Positions 28,754-39,400 of a stretch of 64,000 bases of DNA are shown one piece after another (position 1 is the first letter of the stretch; every line of letters starts with the position of its first letter). The notes beneath the pieces are model-generated. The model made no database searches. It was not told where the DNA came from and saw nothing but the letters and a program-made list of their open reading frames with translations. The stretch spans positions 512,001 to 576,000 of the forward strand of contig CBDCSU010000004.1 in the NCBI GenBank assembly GCA_965221775.1, given 5' to 3'. The translations under genes and the position numbers were made by a program. The DNA is from Candidatus Latescibacterota bacterium (GTDB taxonomy: Bacteria; Latescibacterota; UBA2968; UBA8231).

Positions 28754-30136
28754 TCACGGCCGGAGTCCGTACTCCTTCTCCTTCCGGTAGAGGGTGCTCA
28801 ATCCGATCTGGAGCACCTTCGCCGCCTTGCGGCGGTCGTGGCCGACGGCCTCCAGAGCCTGCTCGATGGCGAGCCTCTCCACCTGCTTCATCGTCATGCC
28901 GGGATGCAGACCTCCCTGGTCGCTTCCCGCCGGGGCGCCGCGGAGGTGGGCCGGCACGTCGGAGGGGGTCAGCTCGCGGCCGGGAGCCGACATGACCACC
29001 ATCCCCTCCACGCAGTTCTTCAGCTCGCGTACGTTGCCCGGCCAGTCGTAGTCCATCAGGGCGTCCATGGCGGCCGGGTTGAGGACGTGGGTCTCGCGTC
29101 CGTTCTCCCGGGAGAACTGGCGCAGGAACTCATTCACCAGAATGGGGATGTCCTCGCGGCAGTCGGCGAGTCGGGGGATGTGGATGGTGACCACGTTGAG
29201 CCGGTAGTAGAGGTCGGCGCGGTAGCTCCCCTCCTCGACCATCGTCTCGAGGTTGCGGTTGGTGGCGGCGATGAGGCGAACGTCGGCCCGCAGGGTGGAG
29301 GTCCCGCCGACCCGCTCGAACTCACCGCTCTGAATGACGCGCAGGAGCTTGACCTGCGTCGCCGGGGACAGATCCCCCACCTCGTCGAGGAACAGGGTCC
29401 CCATGTCGGCCAGCTCGAAGCGGCCCTTGCGCGAAGTACTGGCGCCGGTGAAGGCGCCGCGCTCATGCCCGAAGAGCTCGCTCTCGACGATGCTCTCGGG
29501 GAGGGCGCCGCAGTTCGTCTCCACGAAGGGGCGGTCGCGGCGGGGGCTCTGCTGGTGGACCGCCTTGGCCACCTCTCCCTTGCCCGTTCCGGTCTCGCCC
29601 GTGAGCAGGACCGTGGCGCGGGACGCGGCGACCTGCTCGATCTGGGCGTAGATCCGCTGCCAGAGAGAGGACCGGCGGGCGATGCCGCCGTAGCGGTAGC
29701 GCTCGTCCAGGCGCCGCTGGAGATCGGAGACCTCTCCCACCAGCCGCTGATAGGACAAGCCGCGATCGAGAACGGCCCTCACCTTGCTCAGGTTCAGGGG
29801 GCGGACCTGGAAGTCGTAAGCACCCTGGCGCATCGCCTCGGTGCCGAGCTCGATCTCATCGGAACCGGTGGAGAGGATGGCGCAGATCTCCGGGTTGCGC
29901 TCCCGGGCCAGGCGCACCAGCCGCAGGCCGTCGATGCGGCTGTCGGCGAGGGGACAAACGAGGGCGTCCACCGGCTCCGAGTCGAGGATGTCGTAGGCGG
30001 CGGCTCCCTCGCGGGCGGGCAGGACCTCGAAGCCCTCCCGGCGCAGGTAGGAGATCAACTGGTTCGTGGCCTCCTCTTCCGGGGCCACCACCAGGATCCG
30101 GGGAGATGCCTTCTCCCGCGGGGCCGCGTCGCTCAC
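28754..30136 (-). CDS. Sigma54-dependent enhancer-binding protein (NtrC/AtoC-like) with atypical receiver
   Basis: GETGTGK, ESELFGHERGAFTGA, LFLDEV, WPGNVREL, Fis HTH. Start re-picked at GTG 30136. Confidence 0.92.
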   Translation of the reverse strand: MSDAAPREKASPRILVVAPEEEATNQLISYLRREGFEVLPAREGAAAYDILDSEPVDALVCPLADSRIDGLRLVRLARERNPEICAILSTGSDEIELGTEAMRQGAYDFQVRPLNLSKVRAVLDRGLSYQRLVGEVSDLQRRLDERYRYGGIARRSSLWQRIYAQIEQVAASRATVLLTGETGTGKGEVAKAVHQQSPRRDRPFVETNCGALPESIVESELFGHERGAFTGASTSRKGRFELADMGTLFLDEVGDLSPATQVKLLRVIQSGEFERVGGTSTLRADVRLIAATNRNLETMVEEGSYRADLYYRLNVVTIHIPRLADCREDIPILVNEFLRQFSRENGRETHVLNPAAMDALMDYDWPGNVRELKNCVEGMVVMSAPGRELTPSDVPAHLRGAPAGSDQGGLHPGMTMKQVERLAIEQALEAVGHDRRKAAKVLQIGLSTLYRKEKEYGLRP

Positions 30137-30158
30137 CCTCGAGGCTCCCTTCGGTGAA

Positions 30159-31550
30159 TCAACCGGGACACTGGCCGGTCCATCGGGGAGAACGGGCGAG
30201 GCGGACCACGACCTCGCAGTGGGGGGTGTGGGGGAAGAGGTCCACCGGCCGCGCCCGCTCCAGGTCGTAGCCGGCGGCGCGCAGGGACGACAGGTCCTCG
30301 GCCAGGCTCTCCGCGTTGCAGGAGACATACAGTATCGCCGGCGGACCGAGAGCGACGATCCCCTCGATCACCTTCCTGTGCAGCCCGGCCCGGGGGGGGT
30401 CCGCGATAACCGCCTCGAAGCGCTCCGCCCTCTCCTGGCATAGCTCCGCCAGGGCCTCCTCGGCCGCGACCGCCACGAAGGCGCAGTTGTCGATTCCGTT
30501 GCGCTCCGCATTGCGGCGGGCGTCGGCCACCGCCTCGCGCACCTGCTCGACGCCGACGACGGCGCGGGCCCGGGAGGCCACGTGGAGGCTGATGCCCCCG
30601 GTGCCGGCGTAGAGGTCCAGGACCTCCCCGTCGAAGCCGCCGCCGAGGAACTCCCCCACGATCTCGTAGAGCTGCCCGGCCCCGCGGGTGTTGGTCTGGA
30701 AGAAGGACTGCGGGGAGATCTCGAACTCGAGGTCGCCGCAGCGCTCGATGATGCGGCCCCCGCCCTTGATGAGGAAGCTCTCCTCGCCGGCGGCGACCTG
30801 GGCCTTGCCGCTGTGGCGGGTGACGACGCAGGTGGTGACCCCATCCCCCACCTGGTCCAGCACCCCCGCCAGCAGCCGGTCCACACCCTCGTTGGGATAC
30901 TCGCGGACGACGAGGTTGACCATGGTCTGGCCGGTCGCCTTCCCCTCCCGGACGACCAGGAAGCGGAGCAGACCTTCGTGGCTCTTCAGGTCATACACCG
31001 GCAGGGCGAGGCGGGTCGCGTGAGTGCGGAAGGCGTCCACGATGCCGTTGGAAGCCTCCGACTGGAGGTAGCAGGCCTCGAGGTCGAAGATCCGGTTGAA
31101 GCGTTCGCGCACGTGCAGTCCGAGCCAAGGCTGCCCCTGGCGGCTGCTCCCGAAGGAGAACTCCATCTTGTTGCGGTAGTAGAACGGGTCCGGGCTCGGG
31201 GCGATGGCCTGCCAGCGGCCGACCTCGAGCTGGCGGCCCTCGAAGGACTGGCGGACCATTCGCTCCTTGAGCTGCAGCTGGTCCTCGTATCCGAGGTCCT
31301 GCCACCGGCAGCCTCCGCACTGCCCGAAGTGGGTGCACGGCGGGTCGACCCGCGGCGCCCCCTCCTCGATCAGGTCATCGAGGACACCCTCGAAGCGCCC
31401 CTTGCGCTTGCGCTTCAGGTAGACGTCGGCCCGGTCTCCCGGAACACTGCGCGGTACGAGAATCTCCCGACCGTCCCGGACCGCCAGGCCGTCGCCCTTC
31501 GCGGTGAGGCCTGCGATCTCGACGATGACGCGTTCCCCCCGTTTCATCAT
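30159..31550 (-). CDS. rlmD: 23S rRNA (uracil-5)-methyltransferase RlmD
   Basis: TRAM domain, C-x5-CGGC Fe-S motif, YRNKMEF, SFFQTN, DLYAGTG, DPPRAG, YVSCN, DLFPHT. Confidence 0.93.
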   Translation of the reverse strand: MMKRGERVIVEIAGLTAKGDGLAVRDGREILVPRSVPGDRADVYLKRKRKGRFEGVLDDLIEEGAPRVDPPCTHFGQCGGCRWQDLGYEDQLQLKERMVRQSFEGRQLEVGRWQAIAPSPDPFYYRNKMEFSFGSSRQGQPWLGLHVRERFNRIFDLEACYLQSEASNGIVDAFRTHATRLALPVYDLKSHEGLLRFLVVREGKATGQTMVNLVVREYPNEGVDRLLAGVLDQVGDGVTTCVVTRHSGKAQVAAGEESFLIKGGGRIIERCGDLEFEISPQSFFQTNTRGAGQLYEIVGEFLGGGFDGEVLDLYAGTGGISLHVASRARAVVGVEQVREAVADARRNAERNGIDNCAFVAVAAEEALAELCQERAERFEAVIADPPRAGLHRKVIEGIVALGPPAILYVSCNAESLAEDLSSLRAAGYDLERARPVDLFPHTPHCEVVVRLARSPRWTGQCPG

Positions 31551-31590
31551 TCCTGCACCGAGGCCCGGGGACAGGGTGAGAACAGAGCGA

Positions 31591-31619
31591 GGCGAGGTGG
31601 AAGGACTTCCCACCCCGCC
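31591..31619 (-). terminator. GC-rich hairpin downstream of rplQ (possible terminator or processing site)
   Basis: Minus strand GGCGGGGTGGGA-loop-TTCCACCTCGCC (about 12 bp with G-U pairs) followed by a pyrimidine-rich tract, no poly-U. Confidence 0.4.
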
Positions 31620-31656
31620 CGGAGACGTTCGCTGCTGTCCGAGGCTGCCCCTCGTG

Positions 31657-32070
31657 TCACTCTTCCTTCTCGCCGGGCTCCTCGGGCTCGACCACGGCGG
31701 GACTGTCCGCCCCGGGACGGTCGAGAAGCTCGACGATGCACATCTCGGCGCCATCCCCGCGGCGGGCGCCGGTCTTGACCAAGCGTGTGTACCCCCCGTG
31801 CCGTTCGGCGTAGCGAGGGGCGATCTCGTCGAAGAGCTTGGCCACGATCGACTTGTCCGGTATGTGACGCAATACGTGGCGCCGGGCGTGGAGATCGCCG
31901 CGCTTGGCAAAGGTGATCATGTGCTCCGCGGTGCGCCGCAGAACCTTCCCGCGGGCATCGGTGGTGCTGACCTGTTCGTGGGTGAAAAGGCTGCTCACCA
32001 TGTTGGCGATCATCGCCTTCCGGTGGCTCGCCTCCCGCCCGAGCTTGGGTGTTCGCCTGCGGTGTCGCAT
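31657..32070 (-). CDS. rplQ: 50S ribosomal protein L17
   Basis: MRHRRRTPKLGREASHRKAM, GGYTR, RRGDGA. Confidence 0.97.
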   Translation of the reverse strand: MRHRRRTPKLGREASHRKAMIANMVSSLFTHEQVSTTDARGKVLRRTAEHMITFAKRGDLHARRHVLRHIPDKSIVAKLFDEIAPRYAERHGGYTRLVKTGARRGDGAEMCIVELLDRPGADSPAVVEPEEPGEKEE

Positions 32071-32074
32071 CTCT

Positions 32075-33088
32075 TCAGTACTCCTCGGCCAGAGAGGCCG
32101 GCTCCTCCTCGATCTCGACATCCTCGTACTTGCTCACATCCAGTCCCCAGGAGAGGTCCATGGAGTCGAGGATCTCGCCCAACTCGTTCAGGGACTTGCG
32201 GCCGAAATTGCGGTACTTGAGCATCTCGGCTTCGCTCTTGGAGACGAGTTCTCCGAGGGTGGAGATACCCGCCGCGCGCAGGCAGTTGGCCGATCGCACG
32301 GACAACTCCAGCTCGTCCACCTGAGTGGCCAGCAGCCTGGCGATGCGCTTGGTCTCCTCGTCGACCTCCTTCTCGTGCCCGGCGCCGGTGGGCTCTTCCT
32401 CGAAGTTGGCGATCAGGCTGAGATGCTCGATCAGGATGCGAGCCGCCTGGGCCACGGCGTCGTCTGGGCCCATGGAGCCGTCCGTCCAGACCTCCAGCAA
32501 GAGACGGTCGTAGTCGGTGCGCCGGCCGACGCGGGCGTTCTCGATGTCGTAGTTGACCTTCAGCACCGGCGAGTAGTTGGTGTCCAGGGGGATCGTACCG
32601 ATGGGCTGTTCGGCGGTCCGATTCTCCTCGGCGAAGACGTAGCCCCGGCCCTTGCCGATGGTGATCTCCAGGTTGAGGGTGACACCCTTGCCGAGAGTGG
32701 CGATGTGGAGATCGGGGTTCATGATCTCCACGCTGGAATCGACGGCCAGATCCCTGGCAGTGAGTTCGCCGCCCTTGGCTTCCACACGCAGGGTGCGGTC
32801 CTCCTCTCCGTGATACCGGATGGCCACCTCCTTGAGGTTCAGCACGATCTCGGGAACGTCCTCGCGGACGCCCGTGACGACCGAAAACTCGTGCTGCACG
32901 CCGTCGATGCTCACGGACTTGATCGCTGCGCCCTGGATCTGGGAAACCAGAACCCGACGCAGTCCGTGTCCGACGGTGACCCCGAATCCGCGCTCCAGCG
33001 GCTGGAAGGTGAACTTCCCGTAGGTGCTGGTGAGGCTGTCCCGATCGATTTCGAGAAGCCTCGGCATCTGGATGCCTTCGAGAGCCAT
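32075..33088 (-). CDS. rpoA: RNA polymerase alpha subunit
   Basis: PLERGFG, HEFS, GVREDV, TDYDRL, LELSVRSANCL, RNFGRKSL. Confidence 0.98.
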   Translation of the reverse strand: MALEGIQMPRLLEIDRDSLTSTYGKFTFQPLERGFGVTVGHGLRRVLVSQIQGAAIKSVSIDGVQHEFSVVTGVREDVPEIVLNLKEVAIRYHGEEDRTLRVEAKGGELTARDLAVDSSVEIMNPDLHIATLGKGVTLNLEITIGKGRGYVFAEENRTAEQPIGTIPLDTNYSPVLKVNYDIENARVGRRTDYDRLLLEVWTDGSMGPDDAVAQAARILIEHLSLIANFEEEPTGAGHEKEVDEETKRIARLLATQVDELELSVRSANCLRAAGISTLGELVSKSEAEMLKYRNFGRKSLNELGEILDSMDLSWGLDVSKYEDVEIEEEPASLAEEY

Positions 33089-33122
33089 GTGCTTCGCTAT
33101 CCCTTGTGAAAGTCCTCGTTGC

Positions 33123-33749
33123 CTACACGCGGCTGTAGAACTCGATGACGAGTTGCTCTTCCGCCGGCGTCGGTATGTCCTCCCGGTTGCAGCGCTCCAC
33201 CACGGTGCCCGTGAGGTTGGCCTTGTCCACCGACAGCCACGGCACGAGCTCACGGGAGCGGCGGAGGGACTCGTGGATGATCTCCAGCTTCCTGCTGCCC
33301 TCGACTACGGCCACCACGTCGCCCGGGGAGGTGAGGTACGACGGGATATTGACCCGGCGGCCGTTGACGGTGAAGTGGTTGTGACGCACCAGTTGCCTGG
33401 CCGCCTTCCGCGACGGCGCCAGCCCCAGGCGGTAGACGATGCTGTCGAGGCGGCTCTCGAGCAGGCGCAGGAGGTTGTCGCCGCTCACTCCGGGGACCCG
33501 CGTCGACTCGCGGTAGTACTTGCGGAACTGCCCCTCCCGCACCCCGTAGATCCGCGCCAGCTTCTGCTTGGCTCGCAACTGAACGCTGTACTCCGACTGC
33601 TTGCGCCGCATACCCTGGCCGTGCTGTCCGGGGCCGTAGCTGCGGCGCTCGAAGGCGCACTTCTCGAGGGTGCACCTCTCGCCCTTGAGGAACAGCTTGG
33701 CTCCCTCCCGCCGGCAGAGCCTGCAGTTGGGTCCGGTGTACCTGCTCAT
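33123..33749 (-). CDS. rpsD: 30S ribosomal protein S4 (Zn-binding type)
   Basis: MSRYTGPNCRLCRREG, LESRLD, ARQLVRH, IEFYSR. Confidence 0.98.
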   Translation of the reverse strand: MSRYTGPNCRLCRREGAKLFLKGERCTLEKCAFERRSYGPGQHGQGMRRKQSEYSVQLRAKQKLARIYGVREGQFRKYYRESTRVPGVSGDNLLRLLESRLDSIVYRLGLAPSRKAARQLVRHNHFTVNGRRVNIPSYLTSPGDVVAVVEGSRKLEIIHESLRRSRELVPWLSVDKANLTGTVVERCNREDIPTPAEEQLVIEFYSRV

Positions 33750-33770
33750 TCTCGTCGACCTCCCTCGGCC

Positions 33771-34163
33771 TCAGACACGGCGCCGCTTCGGGGGGCGGCA
33801 ACCGTTGTGGGGGACGGGTGTCTTGTCGCGGATGGCGGCGATCTCGAGCCCCGCGTTCTGCAGGGAGCGGATGGCCGAATCACGGCCCACACCCGGCCCC
33901 TTCACCCATACCTCGACCCGGCGCAGTCCCATGTTGACCGCCTCCTGGGCGGCGCGCTCCGCGGCCAGCTGGCCGGCGAAGGGCGTCGACTTGCGGCTGC
34001 CGCCGATGCCGACCTTGCCCGGCGTGGCCCAGGAGATCACGTTGCCCTCCACATCGGTGAGGGTGACGATGGTGTTGTTGAAAGTGGAAAGGATGTGGGC
34101 GATGCCCAGAGCCTCCACCTTCCTCGACTTCTTGCGGCGGCGACGGCCTCTTTCGGGTGGCAA
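33771..34163 (-). CDS. rpsK: 30S ribosomal protein S11
   Basis: [28 protein letters not shown]; TTG start. Confidence 0.97.
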   Translation of the reverse strand: MPPERGRRRRKKSRKVEALGIAHILSTFNNTIVTLTDVEGNVISWATPGKVGIGGSRKSTPFAGQLAAERAAQEAVNMGLRRVEVWVKGPGVGRDSAIRSLQNAGLEIAAIRDKTPVPHNGCRPPKRRRV

Positions 34164-34207
34164 TTCGAGTCAATCCTCTGTTGAAGTCAGTCTCTGTCGA
34201 ATCTGGC

Positions 34208-34585
34208 TTACTGGGGAGCCTTCTTCTTGCCGGCAATGGCCCGCCTCGGCCCCTTCCTCGTACGGGCGTTGGTCTGGGTCCGCTGGCCCCTCACGGGCAG
34301 GCCCCGGCGGTGGCGGAGACCCCGGTAGCAGCCCAGGTCCATGAGCCGCTTGATGTTCATGTTGACCTCGCCCCGCAGGGATCCCTCGACGCGGTACTTG
34401 CCCTCGATGATGTTGCGCAACTGCGTGACCTGCTGCTCCGAAAGGGAGCCCACGCGAGTGTCGGGCGTGACCTGCGACTCCGACAGGATCGCCTCTGCCG
34501 AGGAGCGGCCAATGCCGTAGATGTAGGTCAGCCCCACGTCGATGCGCTTGTCCCGTGGGAGATCGACCCCTGCGATTCGTGCCAT
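34208..34585 (-). CDS. rpsM: 30S ribosomal protein S13
   Basis: [29 protein letters not shown]. Confidence 0.98.
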   Translation of the reverse strand: MARIAGVDLPRDKRIDVGLTYIYGIGRSSAEAILSESQVTPDTRVGSLSEQQVTQLRNIIEGKYRVEGSLRGEVNMNIKRLMDLGCYRGLRHRRGLPVRGQRTQTNARTRKGPRRAIAGKKKAPQ

Positions 34586-34626
34586 TTCGTGCTCTCTCCT
34601 TGTCCGCGGGAGCTCGGCCCCCGCTC

Positions 34627-34743
34627 CTATCCCTGGCGCTGCTTGTGCCGGGGGTTGCGCTTGCAGATGACGCGCACCACGCCGTGACGGCGGATGATCT
34701 TGCAGTCGGGGCAGCGCTTGGACACGGATGCTCGGACCTTCAT
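34627..34743 (-). CDS. rpmJ: 50S ribosomal protein L36 (Zn type)
   Basis: [38 protein letters not shown]. Confidence 0.97.
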   Translation of the reverse strand: MKVRASVSKRCPDCKIIRRHGVVRVICKRNPRHKQRQG

Positions 34744-34769
34744 GGCAACTCCCTGGGTTCCGCGAGCCG

Positions 34770-36104
34770 TCAGCGCCGGCCCTGGATGCGCCCCTTCTTC
34801 ATGAAGCCTTCGTAGTGGCGGGTCATCAGCTGCGACTCGAGCTGCTGCAGCGTGTCGAGGGAGACGCCCACGATGATGAGCAGTCCCGTGCCGCCGAAGA
34901 ACTGGGAGTACGAAGGCGTGACGTTGAACTGATCGATGACGAAGAACGGGAAGATGGCCACCGCCGCCAGCGCCATCGATCCCGGCAGGGTGATGCGCGT
35001 CATGATTCGGTCGATGTAGTCGGCCGTTCGCTTGCCGGGCCGAACGCCGGGGATGAACCCCCCATGGCGCTTCATGTTGTCCGCCAGTTGCTGCGGGTCC
35101 ATGACGATGGCGGTGTAGAAGTAGGTGAAGAACACGATCATGGTGCCGTACACGATCCAGTAGAACACGGAGCTCGTCGTGAAGTAGACCCCCAGGCTCG
35201 CCATGAACTCGCTGGCGGGAAAGAACTGGGTCACCGTCCCCGGGAGGAACATGATCGACTGGGCGAAGATGATGGGAATCACGCCAGCGGCATTGATGCG
35301 CAGCGGTATGTGCGTCGTTTGCCCGCCGTACACCCTGCGGCCCACCACCCGCTTGGCGTACTGCACGGGGATGCGCCGCTGGCCCTGGGTGAGAAGGACG
35401 ACGGCAGCCACGACGGCGACGATGAGGGCCAGGAGGAAGATCTCCTCGATGAGGCTCTTCGTCGATCCGCGGTTCAACAGGTAGTGGCGCCACTCGTCCT
35501 TCACGGCGAAGGGCAGCTCGGCGATGATGCCGACGAAGATGATCAGGGAGATGCCGTTGCCGATGCCGCGCTCCGTTATCTGCTCCCCCAGCCACATGAT
35601 GAAGATCGTGCCCGTGGTGATGGTGATCATCGTGAGCAGCCGGAAGCCCCAGCCCTCGTCGATGACCGCCGGCACGCCGGAGGAGGGACCGCGGATGTTC
35701 TCCAGGAAATAGCTCACCCCGAGAGACTGGGCGCCCGCGAGGAGGACGGTGCCGTAGCGGGTGTACTGATTGATCTTCTTGCGCCCCTCCTCGCCCTCCC
35801 GCTGAAGCTTCTGGAAGAAGGGGACGACGGCGCCCATCAGCTGCAGGATGATGGAAGCGCTGATATAGGGCATGATGCCCAGGGCGAAGACCGTGGCCCG
35901 CGTGAAGGCGCCGCCCACGAACATGTCGTAGAGCCCGAAGAGGGTGCCTCCGGCGCCGGCGAAGTACTCCTGCAGCACGGATTCGCGGATCCCCGGAACG
36001 GTGATCTGACCGCCGATGCGATAGACGATCAGAATGCCGATGGTGAAGAGGATCTTGCGCCGAAGATCGGGGATCTTGAAGCAGTTTTTGAAGCTCTGGA
36101 GCAC
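34770..36104 (-). CDS. secY: Preprotein translocase SecY
   Basis: [48 protein letters not shown]. Confidence 0.98.
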   Translation of the reverse strand: MLQSFKNCFKIPDLRRKILFTIGILIVYRIGGQITVPGIRESVLQEYFAGAGGTLFGLYDMFVGGAFTRATVFALGIMPYISASIILQLMGAVVPFFQKLQREGEEGRKKINQYTRYGTVLLAGAQSLGVSYFLENIRGPSSGVPAVIDEGWGFRLLTMITITTGTIFIMWLGEQITERGIGNGISLIIFVGIIAELPFAVKDEWRHYLLNRGSTKSLIEEIFLLALIVAVVAAVVLLTQGQRRIPVQYAKRVVGRRVYGGQTTHIPLRINAAGVIPIIFAQSIMFLPGTVTQFFPASEFMASLGVYFTTSSVFYWIVYGTMIVFFTYFYTAIVMDPQQLADNMKRHGGFIPGVRPGKRTADYIDRIMTRITLPGSMALAAVAIFPFFVIDQFNVTPSYSQFFGGTGLLIIVGVSLDTLQQLESQLMTRHYEGFMKKGRIQGRR

Positions 36105-36111
36105 GCCGGAC

Positions 36112-36576
36112 TCAGCCCACCTCTCCGGCCAGGACCTCGAAGGAACCTCCGGCCGATTCGATCTTCTCCCGAGCAGCGCGGGAGGCGGCGTGGGCTTGCA
36201 GGGCGAGTTGATTCGTCAACTCGCCGTCGCCCAGGATCTTGACTCGTTCGCTCGACTTGCGGATCAGCCCCGCCCGCGCCAACTCTGCGGGCCCGACTTC
36301 CCCGGAGAGGCCCGCCCCCTGGATGGCGCCGACGTTGACGATCTGGTACTCGACCCGGAATCTCCGGTTCGAGAAGCCGGTCTTCGGCAGACGGCGGTGC
36401 AGGGGCATCTGACCGCCCTCGAAGCCGGTGCGGCGGCCCCGGCGGGCGCCGGACCGGGCGCGCTGGCCCTTGTGCCCGCGCCCGGCGGTCTTGCCCTTGC
36501 CGGAGCCAGGGCCCTGCCCCTTGCGGGTGCTCGCCCGGCGTGAGCCGGGGGTGGGGCGTAGTTCTCCGAGTCGCAT
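36112..36576 (-). CDS. rplO: 50S ribosomal protein L15
   Basis: GKTAGRGHKGQ, FEGGQMPL. Confidence 0.97.
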   Translation of the reverse strand: MRLGELRPTPGSRRASTRKGQGPGSGKGKTAGRGHKGQRARSGARRGRRTGFEGGQMPLHRRLPKTGFSNRRFRVEYQIVNVGAIQGAGLSGEVGPAELARAGLIRKSSERVKILGDGELTNQLALQAHAASRAAREKIESAGGSFEVLAGEVG

Positions 36577-36588
36577 GGTCGCCGCTCC

Positions 36589-36774
36589 CTATGGGCCTTC
36601 CTGTTCCACCACCTCGACGAGGTGCACCACCTTCGCGATCATGCCGCGGATCTGCGGAGTGTCCTCGTGGACGACAACCTGATGCAGCCGCCGGATGCCG
36701 AGGGCCCGGATCGTGAACTGCTGCTTGCGGGAACGGCCGATGGCGCTCCGCCGCTGTGTGATGGCGAGCTTCAC
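36589..36774 (-). CDS. rpmD: 50S ribosomal protein L30
   Basis: [23 protein letters not shown]; position after rpsE. Confidence 0.95.
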   Translation of the reverse strand: MKLAITQRRSAIGRSRKQQFTIRALGIRRLHQVVVHEDTPQIRGMIAKVVHLVEVVEQEGP

Positions 36775-37277
36775 CTCAGGCTCTCCACGGGCACCCCGCG
36801 AAGGCGGGCCACCTCCTCGGCATTGCGCAGGTGGCGCAAGCCGTCGAGGGTGGCCTTGATGGTATTGTGCGAGTTGTCGGACCCCAGGGACTTGGTGAGG
36901 ATGTCGTTGATCCCCGCCAGGTCGAGGACGATGCGGACGCCGCCGCTGGCGATGACCCCGGTGCCCGGAGAGGCCGGCTTCAGCAGGACCCGTGCGGCAC
37001 CGAATCGACCGATGATCTCGTGGGGGATCGTGCCCGAGGCTACGGGGATCTCGAGGATCTCCTTCTTCGCCTCCTCCGTGGCCTTGCGGATCGCCTCAGC
37101 CACCTCCCCCGCCTTGCCCGAACCCACGCCCACATGTCCGGAGCGGTCCCCGGCCACCACCATGGCGGTGAAGGAGAAGTTCCTGCCTCCCTTGCGAACA
37201 TGGGATACGCGCCGCACGCTGTTCTGAACAACGACTTCGGTCAATTCGAGATTGCTCGCGTCGATTCGGGATGCCAT
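36771..37277 (-). CDS. rpsE: 30S ribosomal protein S5
   Basis: [28 protein letters not shown]. Confidence 0.97.
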   Translation of the reverse strand: MASRIDASNLELTEVVVQNSVRRVSHVRKGGRNFSFTAMVVAGDRSGHVGVGSGKAGEVAEAIRKATEEAKKEILEIPVASGTIPHEIIGRFGAARVLLKPASPGTGVIASGGVRIVLDLAGINDILTKSLGSDNSHNTIKATLDGLRHLRNAEEVARLRGVPVESLR

Positions 37278-37298
37278 TCTCTCTCTCGATTCAGTCGC

Positions 37299-37661
37299 TT
37301 AGAGCTTCAGGCCGCCCTCGCGAGCGCCTTCGGCGACGGCCCGCACGATGCCGTGGTAGAGCAGGCCCGCCCGGTCGAAGACAACCCGCTCGACACCCTT
37401 CTCCCGCGCCTTCGAAGCCAGTTGCCGGCCCAAGGCGCGGCCCTGCTCCACCGGCGGCCCTGAACGTTCGAAGTCCTTCGACAGGGTCGATAGGCCGACG
37501 ACGGAGTGGCCCGCCTGGTCGTCGATGATCTGCGCCTCGATATTGCGCAGGCTCCTGTGCACCACGAGGCGAGGACGCTCCGGGGTTCCCACGACCTTCT
37601 TCCGGATCCGAAACCGCCGCCGCTGGCGCGCGGCACCTTTTCTCTGCTGACGGCTGGCCAT
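37299..37661 (-). CDS. rplR: 50S ribosomal protein L18
   Basis: RPRLVVHRS, AQIIDD, VVFDR, YHG, AREGGL. Confidence 0.97.
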   Translation of the reverse strand: MASRQQRKGAARQRRRFRIRKKVVGTPERPRLVVHRSLRNIEAQIIDDQAGHSVVGLSTLSKDFERSGPPVEQGRALGRQLASKAREKGVERVVFDRAGLLYHGIVRAVAEGAREGGLKL

Positions 37662-38218
37662 CAGGCGACAGCCGCCTTCCCGGCCTTCCAGTGGATGACC
37701 TCGTTCTCGTAGCGAATCCCCTTTCCCTTGTAGGGATCGGGCTTGCGCTTCTGGCGGATCTCCGCGGCCACCTGGCCCACCTTCTGCTTGTCGATGCCGG
37801 AGACGACGATGCGGGCCTGGGCGCCGGCCACGGGGTTGGTGACCTCCACCTCCACGCCCGGCGGCGGCTCGTAGTCAATCTGGTGCGAGTAACCCACGTT
37901 GAGGCTCAGCCTCCCTCCCTGGACCTCGGCCCGGTAGCCTACGCCAAAGAGCTCCAGATTCTTCGAGAACCCCTCGGTGACGCCCTCCACGGCGTTGGCC
38001 ACCAGGGAGCGAGTCAGCCCGTGAAGCGCCATGGCCTCCTTGGTCTCCCCCTTGCGTCCCACCACCACCTGGGGGCCCGCCACCGCGACCTCGACGAAGT
38101 CGGTGCGGTATTCGAGGTCCAGGGCGCCCTTCGGGCCTTTGACTCTCACCTCGCGCCCCTGCACGTTCACCTCGACCCCCTGGGGCAGTGGAATCGGCTG
38201 TTTGCCCACACGCGACAT
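37661..38218 (-). CDS. rplF: 50S ribosomal protein L6
   Basis: MSRVGKQPI, VKGPKG, PDPYKGKGIRY. Confidence 0.97.
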   Translation of the reverse strand: MSRVGKQPIPLPQGVEVNVQGREVRVKGPKGALDLEYRTDFVEVAVAGPQVVVGRKGETKEAMALHGLTRSLVANAVEGVTEGFSKNLELFGVGYRAEVQGGRLSLNVGYSHQIDYEPPPGVEVEVTNPVAGAQARIVVSGIDKQKVGQVAAEIRQKRKPDPYKGKGIRYENEVIHWKAGKAAVA

Positions 38219-38232
38219 GGTCCGCTCCGCCC

Positions 38233-38631
38233 CTACCAGACGCTGCACAGGAGTTCGCCGCCGATGCCCGCCCGGCGCGCGTCCCGATCGGTCATGACGC
38301 CACGGGAAGTGGAGAGGATGGCCACACCCAGCCCCCGCCGCACCCGCGGCAGCCGGTCCTTCGACGCATAGCGGCGAAGACCCGGCTTGCTGAGGCGGCG
38401 AATCCCCTGGATGATGCTCTGGTTGGAGCCGTCGTAGCGAAGGTAGATGCGCAACTGGCCCTGCTTGCCGTCCTCATAGCAGGCGAAATTGTCGATGAAG
38501 CGTTCCTCTGCCAGCACACGGGCGATCTCCCGCTTGAGCCTCGAAGCGGGGATCTCGACGCTGGGATGCCCGGCCTGGGCCGCATTGCGGACCCGGGTGA
38601 GCAGGTCGGCGATGGGGTCGGTCATGCTCAT
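38233..38631 (-). CDS. rpsH: 30S ribosomal protein S8
   Basis: [31 protein letters not shown]. Confidence 0.97.
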   Translation of the reverse strand: MSMTDPIADLLTRVRNAAQAGHPSVEIPASRLKREIARVLAEERFIDNFACYEDGKQGQLRIYLRYDGSNQSIIQGIRRLSKPGLRRYASKDRLPRVRRGLGVAILSTSRGVMTDRDARRAGIGGELLCSVW

Positions 38632-38641
38632 GCTGGGCCGC

Positions 38642-38827
38642 CTACCAACTCGCCTTGGTCACCCCGGGGATCTCGCCCCGCAGTGCCAATTCGCGGAAAC
38701 AGATGCGGCACAGGACGAACTTGCGGTAGACACCCCGCGGACGACCGCAGCGCTGGCACCTCGTGTACTTGCGGACCTTGAATCTCGGCTCCCGGGCCGC
38801 CTTGATCATCAGGCACTTCTTGGGCAT
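38642..38827 (-). CDS. rpsN: 30S ribosomal protein S14 type Z (Zn)
   Basis: 61 aa, RCQRCGRP...LCRICFRE...PGVTKASW. Confidence 0.96.
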   Translation of the reverse strand: MPKKCLMIKAAREPRFKVRKYTRCQRCGRPRGVYRKFVLCRICFRELALRGEIPGVTKASW

Positions 38828-38843
38828 TCGTTATTCCGTCCGT

Positions 38844-39389
38844 TCAGTTGCTGAAGGGCACACCGAACTGGCGAAGAAGCTCCTTGGCCTCCTCGTCGGT
38901 GTCGGCGCTGGTGACGAAGGTGATGTTCATGCCACGGATCTGATCGACTCGGTCGTAGACGATTTCCGGAAAGATGATCTGTTCGCGGATGCCCAGATTG
39001 TAGTTGCCTCGGCCATCGAATCCCCTGGAAGGGACCCCGCGGAAGTCGCGGGACTGGGGCAGAGCGAAATTGACGAGGCGGTCGAAGAACTCGTACATGC
39101 GGTCCCGCCGCAGGGTGACCACGGCGCCGATGGGCATCCCCTGGCGCAGCTTGAAGTTGGATATCGCCTTCTTGGACCGCCGCACCGCCGGCTGCTGGCC
39201 GCTGATGGCCGTGAGCTCAGCCAGCACCGTATCCAGGGCCTTCGGCTCCTGCACCGCCTCTCCCACCCCTGAATTGATGACGATCTTCTCCAGCCGGGGG
39301 ACCTCCATGGGGTTCCCGTACTCGAAGCGCTCGCGCAGGGCGGGGACGATCTGGCTCCAGTAGTGTTCCTTGAGTCGTGAGGTGGCCAT
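38844..39389 (-). CDS. rplE: 50S ribosomal protein L5
   Basis: [31 protein letters not shown]. Confidence 0.98.
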   Translation of the reverse strand: MATSRLKEHYWSQIVPALRERFEYGNPMEVPRLEKIVINSGVGEAVQEPKALDTVLAELTAISGQQPAVRRSKKAISNFKLRQGMPIGAVVTLRRDRMYEFFDRLVNFALPQSRDFRGVPSRGFDGRGNYNLGIREQIIFPEIVYDRVDQIRGMNITFVTSADTDEEAKELLRQFGVPFSN

Positions 39390-39400
39390 TGGGGGAATCT

